From a virus (lineage: Duplodnaviria > Caudoviricetes), in the IMG/VR virus record IMGVR_UViG_3300011008_000999: a stretch of 64,000 nucleotides of DNA, one strand, 5' to 3'. The notes under the pieces were generated by a model. The model was not told the origin of the DNA, did not search any database, and worked only from the letters and a program-made list of their open reading frames with translations. Shown here piece after piece: positions 51,192 to 59,420 of the stretch; the stretch's first letter is position 1; every line of letters begins with the position of its first letter. The position numbers and the translations under genes are program-made.

Positions 51192-51315
51192 CGACTGAGG
51201 AAGGAATCGAACCTTCACCTTTTCCGTGACAGGGAAATTTATTTAAGTTTGTTTGCTGTCTAAATCACGGTGATGATTCTGAAATATAAATATGCTTCCA
51301 TTACACCACTCGGCC
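51192..51315 (-). ncRNA. tRNA-Asp(GTC) with about 50-nt handle insert between D arm and anticodon stem
   Basis: AATCAT-CACC-GTGATT-TAGACAGCAA, then intact TTTCC-CTGTCAC-GGAAA. Confidence 0.75.
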
Positions 51316-51360
51316 AAATTTTATTTAATTGTCAAGTTGCTGCTGAATAATTCAGCGAAT

Positions 51361-51472
51361 TGCAGGAAATGGAATCGAACCATTGTCTCGTCCTATATGT
51401 GTGGAATATAAGATAGCTGTTAAAATCACGAAAATGATTCATTTTACGCGCTCTACCACTAAGCTATCCTGC
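51361..51472 (-). ncRNA. tRNA scaffold with handle insert replacing anticodon loop
   Basis: AATCAT-TTTC-GTGATT-TTAACAGCTA. Confidence 0.75.
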
Positions 51473-51473
51473 G

Positions 51474-51546
51474 AGCTCCCGATCGGACTCGAACCGATAA
51501 CCTGCTGATTACAAATCAGCTGCTCTGCCAATTGAGCCACGGAAGC
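51474..51546 (-). tRNA. tRNA-Thr(TGT)
   Basis: Cloverleaf. Confidence 0.9.
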
Positions 51547-51589
51547 ATGGGGAGTCCTTATTTTAAGTGGCGACTCCCACCACTATTAA

Positions 51590-51712
51590 CATGGTGGAAG
51601 GATTCGAACCTTCGACGACTTTAAATTGTGCATAATCTAAAGTTTGTATGTAGCAACCCACTTAAGAAATCTACTTGATGCACCAAATAGAATTTCCGCA
51701 GCTACCACCACG
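51590..51712 (-). ncRNA. Non-canonical tRNA-like RNA
   Basis: CGTGGTG/CACCATG plus T-arm; first RNA after promoter near 51750. Confidence 0.55.
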
Positions 51713-51763
51713 ATATATATATATTATATCAAGGTAAATATAATTTGTAAATAGTTTTTTAAG

Positions 51764-51836
51764 AGCAGGTGAAGGGAATCGAACCCTCATCTCTTGGTTG
51801 GAAGCCAAACATACGAATCCATTATACTACACCTGC
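51764..51836 (-). tRNA. tRNA-Gly(TCC)
   Basis: Cloverleaf. Confidence 0.85.
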
Positions 51837-52020
51837 AAAACATGCAATCCAAGGAAGTATTAAAAATGCTAAACCAAAGAAAGCAAATGCTGAAATTTCT
51901 GGACCATCGATTGTATCACTTTCTTTAATTCCAGATCCATACAAAATCGTATTAAAAATTAGTATAATTCCGATAAGTTCGGATAATAAAAACCATTTCA
52001 TATTATATTTTTCCCTCAAG

Positions 52021-52094
52021 CACCTGATACGGGATTCGAACCCATGACTCCGGCTTGAGAGGCTGACGACTTAAACCAACTTGTCTAATCAGGC
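52021..52094 (-). tRNA. tRNA-Glu(CTC)
   Basis: Cloverleaf. Confidence 0.85.
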
Positions 52095-52097
52095 ATA

Positions 52098-52231
52098 AGA
52101 ACTAATTAAGGATTCGAACCTTAAACAACTGGATCACTACTCCATTTTTTGTATCACAGACCTTAGTGTTAGGTTGTATGTCATTCTCATACTTATGCTG
52201 TGAATACACTTGCCTCGTGCGTATTAGTTCT
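52098..52231 (-). ncRNA. Non-canonical tRNA-like RNA with extra arms
   Basis: AGAACTAA/TTAGTTCT plus T-arm. Confidence 0.55.
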
Positions 52232-52234
52232 AAA

Positions 52235-52309
52235 AACCAGTATAAGGAATCGAACCTTTAATTTCTAGGCCTATCGCCCAGCACACTTACCAAAGTACTT
52301 TTACTGGTT
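52235..52309 (-). ncRNA. tRNA-like RNA with atypical anticodon loop (CGATAGG)
   Basis: AACCAGT/ACTGGTT, T-arm; no U33. Confidence 0.5.
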
Positions 52310-52320
52310 CCAAAGCAACC

Positions 52321-52378
52321 ATCGACTAGACTCGAACTAGTATCACCTTTCGGTATGTTTCCATATTAACACTACGAT
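52321..52378 (-). ncRNA. Mini tRNA-like RNA with GAAA tetraloop in place of anticodon arm
   Basis: D arm, ACC-GAAA-GGT, T arm. Confidence 0.55.
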
Positions 52379-52590
52379 TTATTGTTACTTTGTAGATGGA
52401 CTCCATTTTTTACAAGGAAAAATGGATAAAACCCAATTCTGCTTGTCGTCTAATTTAAACAGAATTAACTGACTAATACCATCATTTTAATCAGTTTTCA
52501 TGTTTAATAATTAGTTTTGTAAATAATTAGTTTTTTAAAATAATGTTTTTAATAATTAATATACTATAATACTCAATAACCTTTTGTTAA

Positions 52591-52659
52591 GCGCATACTC
52601 GATTCGAACGAGCATCTTGATCTTCAAAGGATCATTATTCTACCATTAAACTAATGCAA
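52591..52659 (-). tRNA. Degenerate tRNA (TTG loop, weak acceptor)
   Basis: TGATC-CTTTGAA-GATCA. Confidence 0.5.
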
Positions 52660-52912
52660 GGTATATTGAGAGGAGTCTCCATTTTATTCACAGCTAAAAT
52701 GGATAAAAACTGGCCTCTGCTCGATAGAAAAACTATTTTTCTATCTTCAGAGATCTTTGTCGTCCAAATACTCCCATATTGGAGACCATGATCTAAATTT
52801 AAAATTTATATTATAATCACTTAAATTCCCATCGGTGTCTGCGTGTCATTCAATCTGTAGTAGGGTTACAGGTGAACTGGCATGGCTCCTTTCTTTTATG
52901 AATAAACTGCAG

Positions 52913-52985
52913 TGACCTCAACGGGATTCGAACCCGTGACTCCGGCGTGAAGGGCCGACGACTTAAACCACTTGTCGATGAGGCC
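52913..52985 (-). tRNA. tRNA-Glu(TTC), C at position 33
   Basis: Cloverleaf. Confidence 0.85.
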
Positions 52986-52992
52986 ATATAAC

Positions 52993-53160
52993 TTAATCTG
53001 AATACATTCTACCGTCAACTGTTGGTTGACTTAAAAGTATAGCAGCAACTTCATTTATTGTTTCATTGCTCAATATTTTATTGAACTCTTCAGCTATATG
53101 ATCAGTATGATAAGTATCTTTCTCTGATGAATCATCTGATACTATAATTACTTTAGACAT
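52993..53160 (-). CDS. Small acidic protein (55 aa, below ORF-track cutoff)
   Basis: MSKVIIVSDD...MYSD* with AAGGA RBS. Confidence 0.45.
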   Translation of the reverse strand: MSKVIIVSDDSSEKDTYHTDHIAEEFNKILSNETINEVAAILLSQPTVDGRMYSD

Positions 53161-53210
53161 ATTATTTCCTTGATGTAATTAAAACTAGTTGTTGAATTTC
53201 AATGTCTTAA

Positions 53211-53284
53211 TGTGCTTGAAGGGATTCGAACCCTCGACTGACGGATTAAAAGTCCGCTACTCTAGCCAGCTGAGTTACAAGCAC
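53211..53284 (-). tRNA. tRNA-Lys(TTT)
   Basis: Cloverleaf. Confidence 0.9.
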
Positions 53285-53351
53285 GTGTACGTCTGTTTTC
53301 GTACTTTACGTTTTCGCTTCATATCATTTATCTCCTTTGTTTAATTTTTAA

Positions 53352-53424
53352 TGAACCATGCGGGGCTCGAACCCGCGACACCATGATTAAAAGTCATGTG
53401 CTCTACCAGCTGAGCTAATGATTC
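53352..53424 (-). tRNA. tRNA-Lys(TTT)
   Basis: Cloverleaf. Confidence 0.9.
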
Positions 53425-53653
53425 ATATAAGGTGAATTAACTTTCGCAAACCTCCCTCAACGTATGGCCGCGCCAAAGGAAATCTCTACTTATTGAAGCA
53501 CCTCATAAATTAAATTATCAAGTATCTGTTTGATTATGATTTTATTATATCAAGCAAAATTACAAATGTAAATAGTTTTTCTAAAAATTTTTTATTTTTT
53601 GTTTGATTTATTGTATTGATATAATATCATATATCTATATGTTTGTAAATAGT

Positions 53654-53941
53654 TTATCTGAAATATTTATCAGAGTTATTTTTAAGAACTCTTCTTACAC
53701 AACCATATAAATCATAACTTAAACGTCGAAGTGGTTTTTGGAAGTCTCTAGATAATTGACTTCTAGATCTACCTACATTTCTAGATAATTCTCTTAAACT
53801 CCAATTTTGATCTACTAATAACTTAGCATTATCAAGAATTTCTTTTTCAAGATCAGTTAAATCATAACTACATACATCATCTAGCATATAACCATTATAG
53901 TACATATATTCTGATGTATCATATGAATCGTATCCCCACAT
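53654..53941 (-). CDS. SpoIIID-like HTH regulator
   Basis: SLRELSRNVGRSRSQLSRDF...L...LY..VRRVL..N matches SpoIIID pattern. Confidence 0.7.
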   Translation of the reverse strand: MWGYDSYDTSEYMYYNGYMLDDVCSYDLTDLEKEILDNAKLLVDQNWSLRELSRNVGRSRSQLSRDFQKPLRRLSYDLYGCVRRVLKNNSDKYFR

Positions 53942-53962
53942 AAATATCCTTTCTTAAGCCAG

Positions 53963-54042
53963 TAGGCGAGATGGGACTCGAACCCACACGATTTCTCGCT
54001 AGATTTTGAGTCTAGTGCGTCTGCCAATTCCGCCACTCGCCC
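53963..54042 (-). tRNA. tRNA-Leu(CAA)
   Basis: Cloverleaf. Confidence 0.9.
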
Positions 54043-54044
54043 AT

Positions 54045-54440
54045 TTATTTTTCAATATATGTTATCCATGCATGTTTCTTATTGTGTACAAATCTACATT
54101 TATACGTACCTTTTGAAATATTTCCATAAGCTCCGCATAATTTATAAATTTTACTATTAGTATCAGTTACATTATTCATATATTTAGTATTTTCTGCAAA
54201 TGATACAGTTCCGTTTTCTTCAATATTGTTCTTATACAATCGCTTAACTATATGTTTTCTTATTTGTGTTATAATAAATACTGGAAGTACACCAATCAAT
54301 ACACCTATAGTAAATAAGATTAGAGCTGTATATTTATTACTTATCATAGCAATAATTACTGGTGGAATAGATAATACACAAAGTACAATAATCCATATTC
54401 CATCATAGAACTTTTTATGGTGCATCAGATTGTATTCCAT
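54045..54440 (-). CDS. Two-TM membrane protein (start corrected to MEYNL)
   Basis: AAGGAG RBS; the longer ORF start lies inside a tRNA. Confidence 0.65.
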   Translation of the reverse strand: MEYNLMHHKKFYDGIWIIVLCVLSIPPVIIAMISNKYTALILFTIGVLIGVLPVFIITQIRKHIVKRLYKNNIEENGTVSFAENTKYMNNVTDTNSKIYKLCGAYGNISKGTYKCRFVHNKKHAWITYIEK

Positions 54441-54478
54441 ATTAATTACTCCTTCATATAAGACTTTATTTGAAGTAG

Positions 54479-54561
54479 TGCGCCTGGCGGGACTCGAACC
54501 CGCACGCTGTTTCCAGCCTGGATCCTTAGTCCAGTGTGTATGCCAATTCCACCACAGGCGC
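54479..54561 (-). tRNA. tRNA-Leu(AAG)
   Basis: CTGGA-CTAAGGA-TCCAG. Confidence 0.9.
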
Positions 54562-54571
54562 ATATAAGAAA

Positions 54572-54695
54572 ATATGTAGGTAAAGGACTCTCACCTTTAC
54601 ACGAATAGAATTACTGTCAGTAGCCGAGTCAAACTTATATATCTTTTTCCTATCTATTCATACGACCTACGCGTCTATCTTCCGCCACTACATAT
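54572..54695 (-). ncRNA. Non-canonical tRNA-like RNA (Leu-type D arm)
   Basis: ATATGTAG/CTACATAT; degenerate T-loop. Confidence 0.5.
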
Positions 54696-54699
54696 TTAA

Positions 54700-55194
54700 T
54701 TACTTACTGATTCTATCAGCAATACTACTTGATGTATAAGACTCAGGCTTTACCTTACAGTCATATCCGCAGGCTTTGATCCAACCAACGAGCATTGGAA
54801 TAAGTTCCTTTGTCTTACCCTTATCGCTCCAACCTGCGTCTACATGAATAGCCAAACTTGAGTTTTCTCTAAGTTCGCCGTACTCAGACTTTTCCAAAAT
54901 TTCTACAAGTTCAGTCATTGTGTTTAGACTTCTTGTAGTCTCTTCAGTAAGCTTCATACGAACATCAGAGATCTTTTTGATGTTTGAAACTTCATAGAAG
55001 AAGATTCCACCATGTCCTTCACAGGTTACCGCGATAACAGTTACGATCTTAGTAGTTGAGAAATTATTCTGTGAATCAGTACCTACAGTGATTAGTAATG
55101 GAACATCATAATGCTTCATTTTCTCAAAGTAGTCTAGAATCTTACTTGGAATTTCTTGCAACTCTAGTTTTCCGTACGTGTTACTCTTGTACAT
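54700..55194 (-). CDS. RNase H-like YkuK/DUF458 protein
   Basis: VGTDSQ, HGGIFFY, ET..S, IHVDAG, KPES. Confidence 0.85.
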   Translation of the reverse strand: MYKSNTYGKLELQEIPSKILDYFEKMKHYDVPLLITVGTDSQNNFSTTKIVTVIAVTCEGHGGIFFYEVSNIKKISDVRMKLTEETTRSLNTMTELVEILEKSEYGELRENSSLAIHVDAGWSDKGKTKELIPMLVGWIKACGYDCKVKPESYTSSSIADRISK

Positions 55195-55235
55195 TTCGAT
55201 AACCTTCTTTCATAATATTTACCTTTTTCAGGTAG

Positions 55236-55315
55236 TACCGGTGACAGGACTTGAACCTGCATGCTTTCGCGCTAGATCCTAAATCTAGTGTGTCTGCCAA
55301 TTCCACCACACCGGC
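55236..55315 (-). tRNA. tRNA-Leu(TAG)
   Basis: Cloverleaf. Confidence 0.9.
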
Positions 55316-55329
55316 ATGCATATATTTAA

Positions 55330-55402
55330 TCACCTGTACGGGACTCGAACCCATGTCTCCAGATTGAGAGTCTGACGGCGTAACCAGCTTGCCTAACAGG
55401 CG
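55330..55402 (-). tRNA. tRNA-Glu(CTC)
   Basis: Cloverleaf. Confidence 0.8.
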
Positions 55403-55408
55403 ATTTAG

Positions 55409-55482
55409 TACCTAAGGGCGGACTTGAACCGCCGACCTTCTCCTTATGAGGGAGCTACTCTAGCCAGCTGAGCTACTCAGGC
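55409..55482 (-). tRNA. tRNA-Met(CAT)
   Basis: Cloverleaf. Confidence 0.85.
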
Positions 55483-55485
55483 ATA

Positions 55486-55592
55486 TTAGGTTTAGGTAAG
55501 CTTTCACCTCCAGAAGGATTCGAACCCTCGTCTCTCAGTTTCCTAAGTGTTCTACCTCTAAACTACCGAGGTTACTAACTTACCATGCCTAA
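55486..55592 (-). ncRNA. Anticodon-less tRNA (GAAA loop) on an outer stem
   Basis: Core 55506..55572 with CTTAG-GAAA-CTGAG; flanks TTAGG..GGTAAG / CTTACC..CCTAA. Confidence 0.7.
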
Positions 55593-55667
55593 AGCTGGTA
55601 AAGGGACTCGAACCCATAACCGACTGATTACAAATCAGTTGCCCTAATCCAATTGGGCCACACCAGC
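55593..55667 (-). tRNA. tRNA-Thr(TGT)
   Basis: Cloverleaf. Confidence 0.85.
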
Positions 55668-55802
55668 ATTTTTAAGGAAAATAAAGTATAAGCTTAAGTC
55701 ATTATACTTTATCTGTCAGTTACTCATTAATCTTTTGTCGTGGCTTACATTACCCCTGTACACTGAATAATGCAGTTTCACTCATTTTCGCTTAATCCTT
55801 AG

Positions 55803-55874
55803 AGCAAATGACGGGAGTCGAACCCGCGTTCCTTGCTTGGCAAGCAAGTGTACTAGCCATTGTACTACATCTGC
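55803..55874 (-). tRNA. tRNA-Gly(GCC)
   Basis: Cloverleaf. Confidence 0.9.
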
Positions 55875-55983
55875 ATGAACGGGAGACAGCTTTTATCGAA
55901 GATGATCAGTCAACGTGAATACTTTGGCTTTCAGTCATGACTCCTTCCACCATTTTTCCAAACTATCTATATTTTATCCCTAG

Positions 55984-56058
55984 TGATTCCAGCGGGACTC
56001 GAACCCAGCATTTCAGGCTTGAAAGGCCTGTGAACTCATCCAGTTATTCGATGGAACC
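55984..56058 (-). tRNA. tRNA-Glu(TTC)
   Basis: Cloverleaf. Confidence 0.85.
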
Positions 56059-56063
56059 ATAAA

Positions 56064-56137
56064 TGCACGTAGAGAGGATCGAACTCCCGGCCTACTGCTT
56101 GTAAGGCAGCCTCTCATCCCAGCTGAGCTATACGTGC
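56064..56137 (-). tRNA. tRNA-Val(TAC)
   Basis: Cloverleaf. Confidence 0.9.
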
Positions 56138-56254
56138 ATATTTGCCTACCTCCAAAATTTTAACTCTCGGCACTGTGATAACAGTGTGAATACAATGTAT
56201 TCATAGGCATGTTTTATATACCTCGCGCGTAATATATAAAACAGAGTTATTACG

Positions 56255-56330
56255 TGGACCTTATGGGAATTGAACCCATCTGCTTTCCTGCTTGCAAGGC
56301 AGGCGACCACTCCATGCAGTCCCAAAGCCC
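56255..56330 (-). tRNA. tRNA-Ala(TGC)
   Basis: Cloverleaf, atypical D arm. Confidence 0.8.
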
Positions 56331-56410
56331 ATAATTCTCTAATCAGTGATATACGATGTTTGTATCTCGCTTACGCTCACATTAGTCCATATATGTAATT
56401 AGAGTTAAAA

Positions 56411-56481
56411 TATGTTGGAAGGACTCGAACCTTCAACCTCCGGCTCCGACGCCGGTACTCTGCCAACTGAGCTACAACACC
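56411..56481 (-). ncRNA. tRNA-like RNA with 6-nt anticodon loop (GTCGGA)
   Basis: Otherwise canonical arms. Confidence 0.65.
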
Positions 56482-56582
56482 TTCTACCTACTTATTCAAT
56501 TTTTAGATTGTACTTCTCTACATATCCTGTTCGGTAGGACGCTCAATTAAGAATTGTACTTTTTCTCATTGAAACGAATTAA

Positions 56583-56670
56583 CGACCTAAAGAGGAATCG
56601 AACCTCTACCAGCTTTAAGACTTAATGCCGTTCTACGCGCTTAAAATATCTTCCATTAAACTATTAGGCC
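56583..56670 (-). ncRNA. tRNA-like RNA with 20-nt anticodon loop
   Basis: GGCCTAA/TTAGGTC; TTTAAG[20 nt]CTTAAA. Confidence 0.65.
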
Positions 56671-56672
56671 AG

Positions 56673-56744
56673 CGACCCTAGTGGGACTCGAACCCACGCT
56701 ACCTGATAGACAGTCAGGCGTGTTAACCGCTACACTATAGAGCC
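56673..56744 (-). tRNA. tRNA-Asp(GTC)
   Basis: Cloverleaf. Confidence 0.9.
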
Positions 56745-56758
56745 ATATTTAATTTTAA

Positions 56759-56840
56759 TGGGAAAGGAGGGATTCGAACCCCCCGAACCTAACGGAACTG
56801 ATTTACAGTCAGCCGGCTTTAACCACTTGCATACTCGCCC
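56759..56840 (-). tRNA. tRNA-Tyr(GTA)
   Basis: Cloverleaf. Confidence 0.85.
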
Positions 56841-56844
56841 ATAA

Positions 56845-56925
56845 TGCGCCGCTCTGGACTCGAACCAGAAATGCCTAAGCCACGATTTTACAGACCGCTG
56901 CGATACCAATTCCGCTCACCGACGC
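56845..56925 (-). tRNA. tRNA-Tyr(GTA)
   Basis: Cloverleaf. Confidence 0.8.
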
Positions 56926-57012
56926 ATATTTCGATAGTAATAATAATACTCGCCTTCCATAATTTTTTATCTCCTTATAGTTAATTTCATTTAATACAGA
57001 TTTCTCTGTTAG

Positions 57013-57085
57013 TGCCTCGTGTTGGTGTCGAACCAACCTCTCTTGTTCTTCAGACAAGCGCTATCACCGGTTCAGCTGACGGGGC
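57013..57085 (-). tRNA. tRNA-Phe(GAA)
   Basis: Cloverleaf. Confidence 0.8.
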
Positions 57086-57186
57086 TTGGTAAAGTCAGAT
57101 TCTTTACCAGTACTAAATCGCTTCATAGTATTTTTCTCCTTTTTATTTGATTACATCAAACTACTTACTAATTGTAAATAGTTTAG

Positions 57187-57258
57187 CTGGCAAGGTGGGG
57201 TTCGAACCCACGACCTTTCGGTTAACAGTCGACTGCTCTACCGCTGAGCTACATGCTA
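57187..57258 (-). tRNA. tRNA-Asn(GTT)
   Basis: Cloverleaf. Confidence 0.85.
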
Positions 57259-57266
57259 ATAATTAT

Positions 57267-57350
57267 AGGACGCATTGTTTACGGATTTGAACCGTGTGAT
57301 TTGAGTTGCAGTCAAATATTTTACCAAAATTAGTTTGCTGTGAACGTCCC
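57267..57350 (-). ncRNA. D/anticodon(GCA)/T arms mounted on an ACAGCAA handle instead of an acceptor stem
   Basis: GGGACGT-TCACAGCAA...TTTGA-CTGCAAC-TCAAA...ACGG-TTCAAAT-CCGT...GCGTCCT. Confidence 0.7.
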
Positions 57351-57353
57351 AAG

Positions 57354-57438
57354 CGCCGTAGATAGGATTCGAACCTACATACCTTTTTGAGGCTGGCGGT
57401 TTTCAAGACCGCTGCTCCACCAACTGAGCGACTACGGC
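57354..57438 (-). tRNA. tRNA-Ser(TGA)
   Basis: Cloverleaf, long variable arm. Confidence 0.85.
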
Positions 57439-57592
57439 ATATTATACACATTACCTATTCTCAAATGTGGATATCAATAGGCTTGTCATCTATCAGAGGG
57501 AGTCGAACCATACTGTTGCATCAGTATTTCTCACTATCCACATCTTGATCCTCATCTTAGATGTACACAATAATGCAAGTTTAATGTGTAAG

Positions 57593-57676
57593 CGGTGCAC
57601 ACGAGATTCGAACTCGCAAGCCACTAATGCGACCAACTGCTTAGCAGGCAGCTCCCTAACCATTCGGATATGCACC
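57593..57676 (-). tRNA. tRNA-Ser(GCT)
   Basis: Cloverleaf, long variable arm. Confidence 0.85.
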
Positions 57677-57780
57677 ATATTTTATTGACGTTATACCAGA
57701 TTGACTCTGGATAAACTCTAAATCTTAAGCTATATATTTATATTAATTAAAATTAAGGTTCACAGAATGTCATTATGTAA

Positions 57781-57852
57781 TGCTCCTGGCGAGATTCGAA
57801 CTCACAATATTCGGTTCGTAGCCGAGTAGTTTATCCATTAGCTTACAAGAGC
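57781..57852 (-). tRNA. tRNA-Arg(ACG)
   Basis: Cloverleaf. Confidence 0.85.
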
Positions 57853-57859
57853 ATTTTAG

Positions 57860-57931
57860 CTGGCCGTGAAGGACTTGAACCTTCAATCTCCTGAGTCAGA
57901 GTCAGGCGCCTTACCGTTTGGCTAACGGCCA
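57860..57931 (-). tRNA. tRNA-Gln(CTG)
   Basis: Cloverleaf. Confidence 0.9.
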
Positions 57932-57940
57932 ATATTTTAA

Positions 57941-58040
57941 CAGGTATGGAAGGATTCGAACCTATATCGCATGAGTTTGGTTTCTCATGTATTCTAACCA
58001 AAGTATGAAGCGCTTAGACATACATTAAACTAAATTCCTA
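57941..58040 (-). ncRNA. tRNA-like RNA with hairpin inserted in D loop and 8-nt AAACCAAA loop
   Basis: GTATG..CATAC insert; CATGAG/CTCATG stem; T-loop. Confidence 0.55.
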
Positions 58041-58041
58041 G

Positions 58042-58115
58042 TGCACACTCGGAGACTCGAACTCCGGACCGCTCGGTTATCAGCCGAGTACTCTAACCAA
58101 CTGAGCTAAGTGTGC
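58042..58115 (-). tRNA. tRNA-Ile(GAT)
   Basis: Cloverleaf. Confidence 0.9.
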
Positions 58116-58230
58116 ATGCTTGCTAGAATAATTATTACTCTAGCAAGTGGTTGTACAAATAACTGTTCAACCATCACTTAAGAAAGGTGGTATGCGAGAC
58201 ATAATATTTTAAGACATTATATCTTGCAAG

Positions 58231-58303
58231 AGCTGATATAGAGACTTGAACTCTAAACCTACGGATTACTAAACCATTGCTCTGCCAATTGAGCTATACC
58301 AGC
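58231..58303 (-). tRNA. tRNA-Thr(AGT)
   Basis: ATGGT-TTAGTAA-TCCGT; GCTGGTA acceptor like the other Thr tRNA. Confidence 0.85.
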
Positions 58304-58377
58304 AAGTAGGATAAAAAATAAGCAGTTATCCAAGTAGATTTGGGTAACTGCTTTGAATGATATTTCACATTTTCATT

Positions 58378-58647
58378 CTACGTGCAGTTCTCCCGTGTCT
58401 TCAAAATATTATAAATACGATCTCTATCATTTGTAGATACTTCAATTGACTCAGAAATGTCAAATCCATTATCTGCAAAAATACTCATGGTTCCTTCAGT
58501 ATTAACATCAACACTAATCCAATAACTAACTGTGACATTAGACACTTCATTAGTTTTAAGCTGCTTAGCAAGATCCTTGATGCGTACAGCAAGGCTAACG
58601 TTAATATCTTCGAGTTCTTTAAGTGTTATACTCTGTATATTTGTCAT
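58378..58647 (-). CDS. Hypothetical protein
   Basis: AAAGGAG RBS. Confidence 0.6.
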   Translation of the reverse strand: MTNIQSITLKELEDINVSLAVRIKDLAKQLKTNEVSNVTVSYWISVDVNTEGTMSIFADNGFDISESIEVSTNDRDRIYNILKTRENCT

Positions 58648-58728
58648 GTTAGTTATCTCCTTTCATTAGTATTGATAAGTGCGGATAACGAGACTCGAAC
58701 TCGTATGAGGTTGCCCCCGAGGGATTTT

Positions 58729-59420
58729 CTTACCACTATAACTTTCATTACCGTCTCAAACAAAACGTTTGTGGTCTGGACTAGTTCTTCACCATATCAT
58801 TTCTGACTTAGGTGCGACGTGTATAGTCTCTACACATTTAGGTTACTAAACCATTTAGCTCGCCATTCCCATACAGCTTTAACTATCTGTAAGGCTTTGT
58901 GATTTAGCGCCGTTCTCATCTAGGAGTTTCCTACCTAGTGACTCATTTGTCTTTCCTCTTCTAAAACGATAAGTTTTAGTTAAAGCATGGCAATTTGGAC
59001 AAATTAACCTTAGATTTTCTAATCTATGATCAGTTGGATTGCCATTTATGTGATCTAATTCACAAGGTGTATATGTTGCACCTTCTGGTTTTTTATTCCA
59101 ACCACATAATTGACATTTGTCCTCAAAATATCCTTCATTTATAAGTCTAATTTTTAACTTATATGTTTGATAATGAGGATATTTACCAGCTAGTATATCA
59201 GAGGTTTCAATGTGTCTAGAAGATAACTTTTTAGTACCTTTTCCACCTTGATTTTTAATTTTGTGGAATATACCTAACGCCTTTGCTTTCGCAATATACG
59301 TTCGATATGACATACCGCATAATTTACTAGCTTGAGCCACGGTTTGACAGTTTTCAGTGATTTTTATGAACTCTTCATCAGTAATACCAGATTTGTTCAT
59401 ATTATCACCTACTTTCTTTT
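58729..59420 (-). ncRNA. Group I intron in anticodon (U^AA)
   Basis: Splice after U, terminal G; P1 GACUU|A...UGAGUC with U-G pair; P7 elements GTAGAGACTA and GAAGAACTAGTCC. Confidence 0.9.
58879..59400 (-). CDS. Intron-encoded HNH homing endonuclease
   Basis: CQLC...ELDHING..DHRLENLRLICPNCHA. Confidence 0.9.
   Translation of the reverse strand: MNKSGITDEEFIKITENCQTVAQASKLCGMSYRTYIAKAKALGIFHKIKNQGGKGTKKLSSRHIETSDILAGKYPHYQTYKLKIRLINEGYFEDKCQLCGWNKKPEGATYTPCELDHINGNPTDHRLENLRLICPNCHALTKTYRFRRGKTNESLGRKLLDENGAKSQSLTDS

Noticed and set aside
52500-52580. Replication origin at AATAATTAGTTTT repeats
   Set aside because: Only 3-4 short degenerate AT-rich repeats, far from the initiator gene; insufficient support
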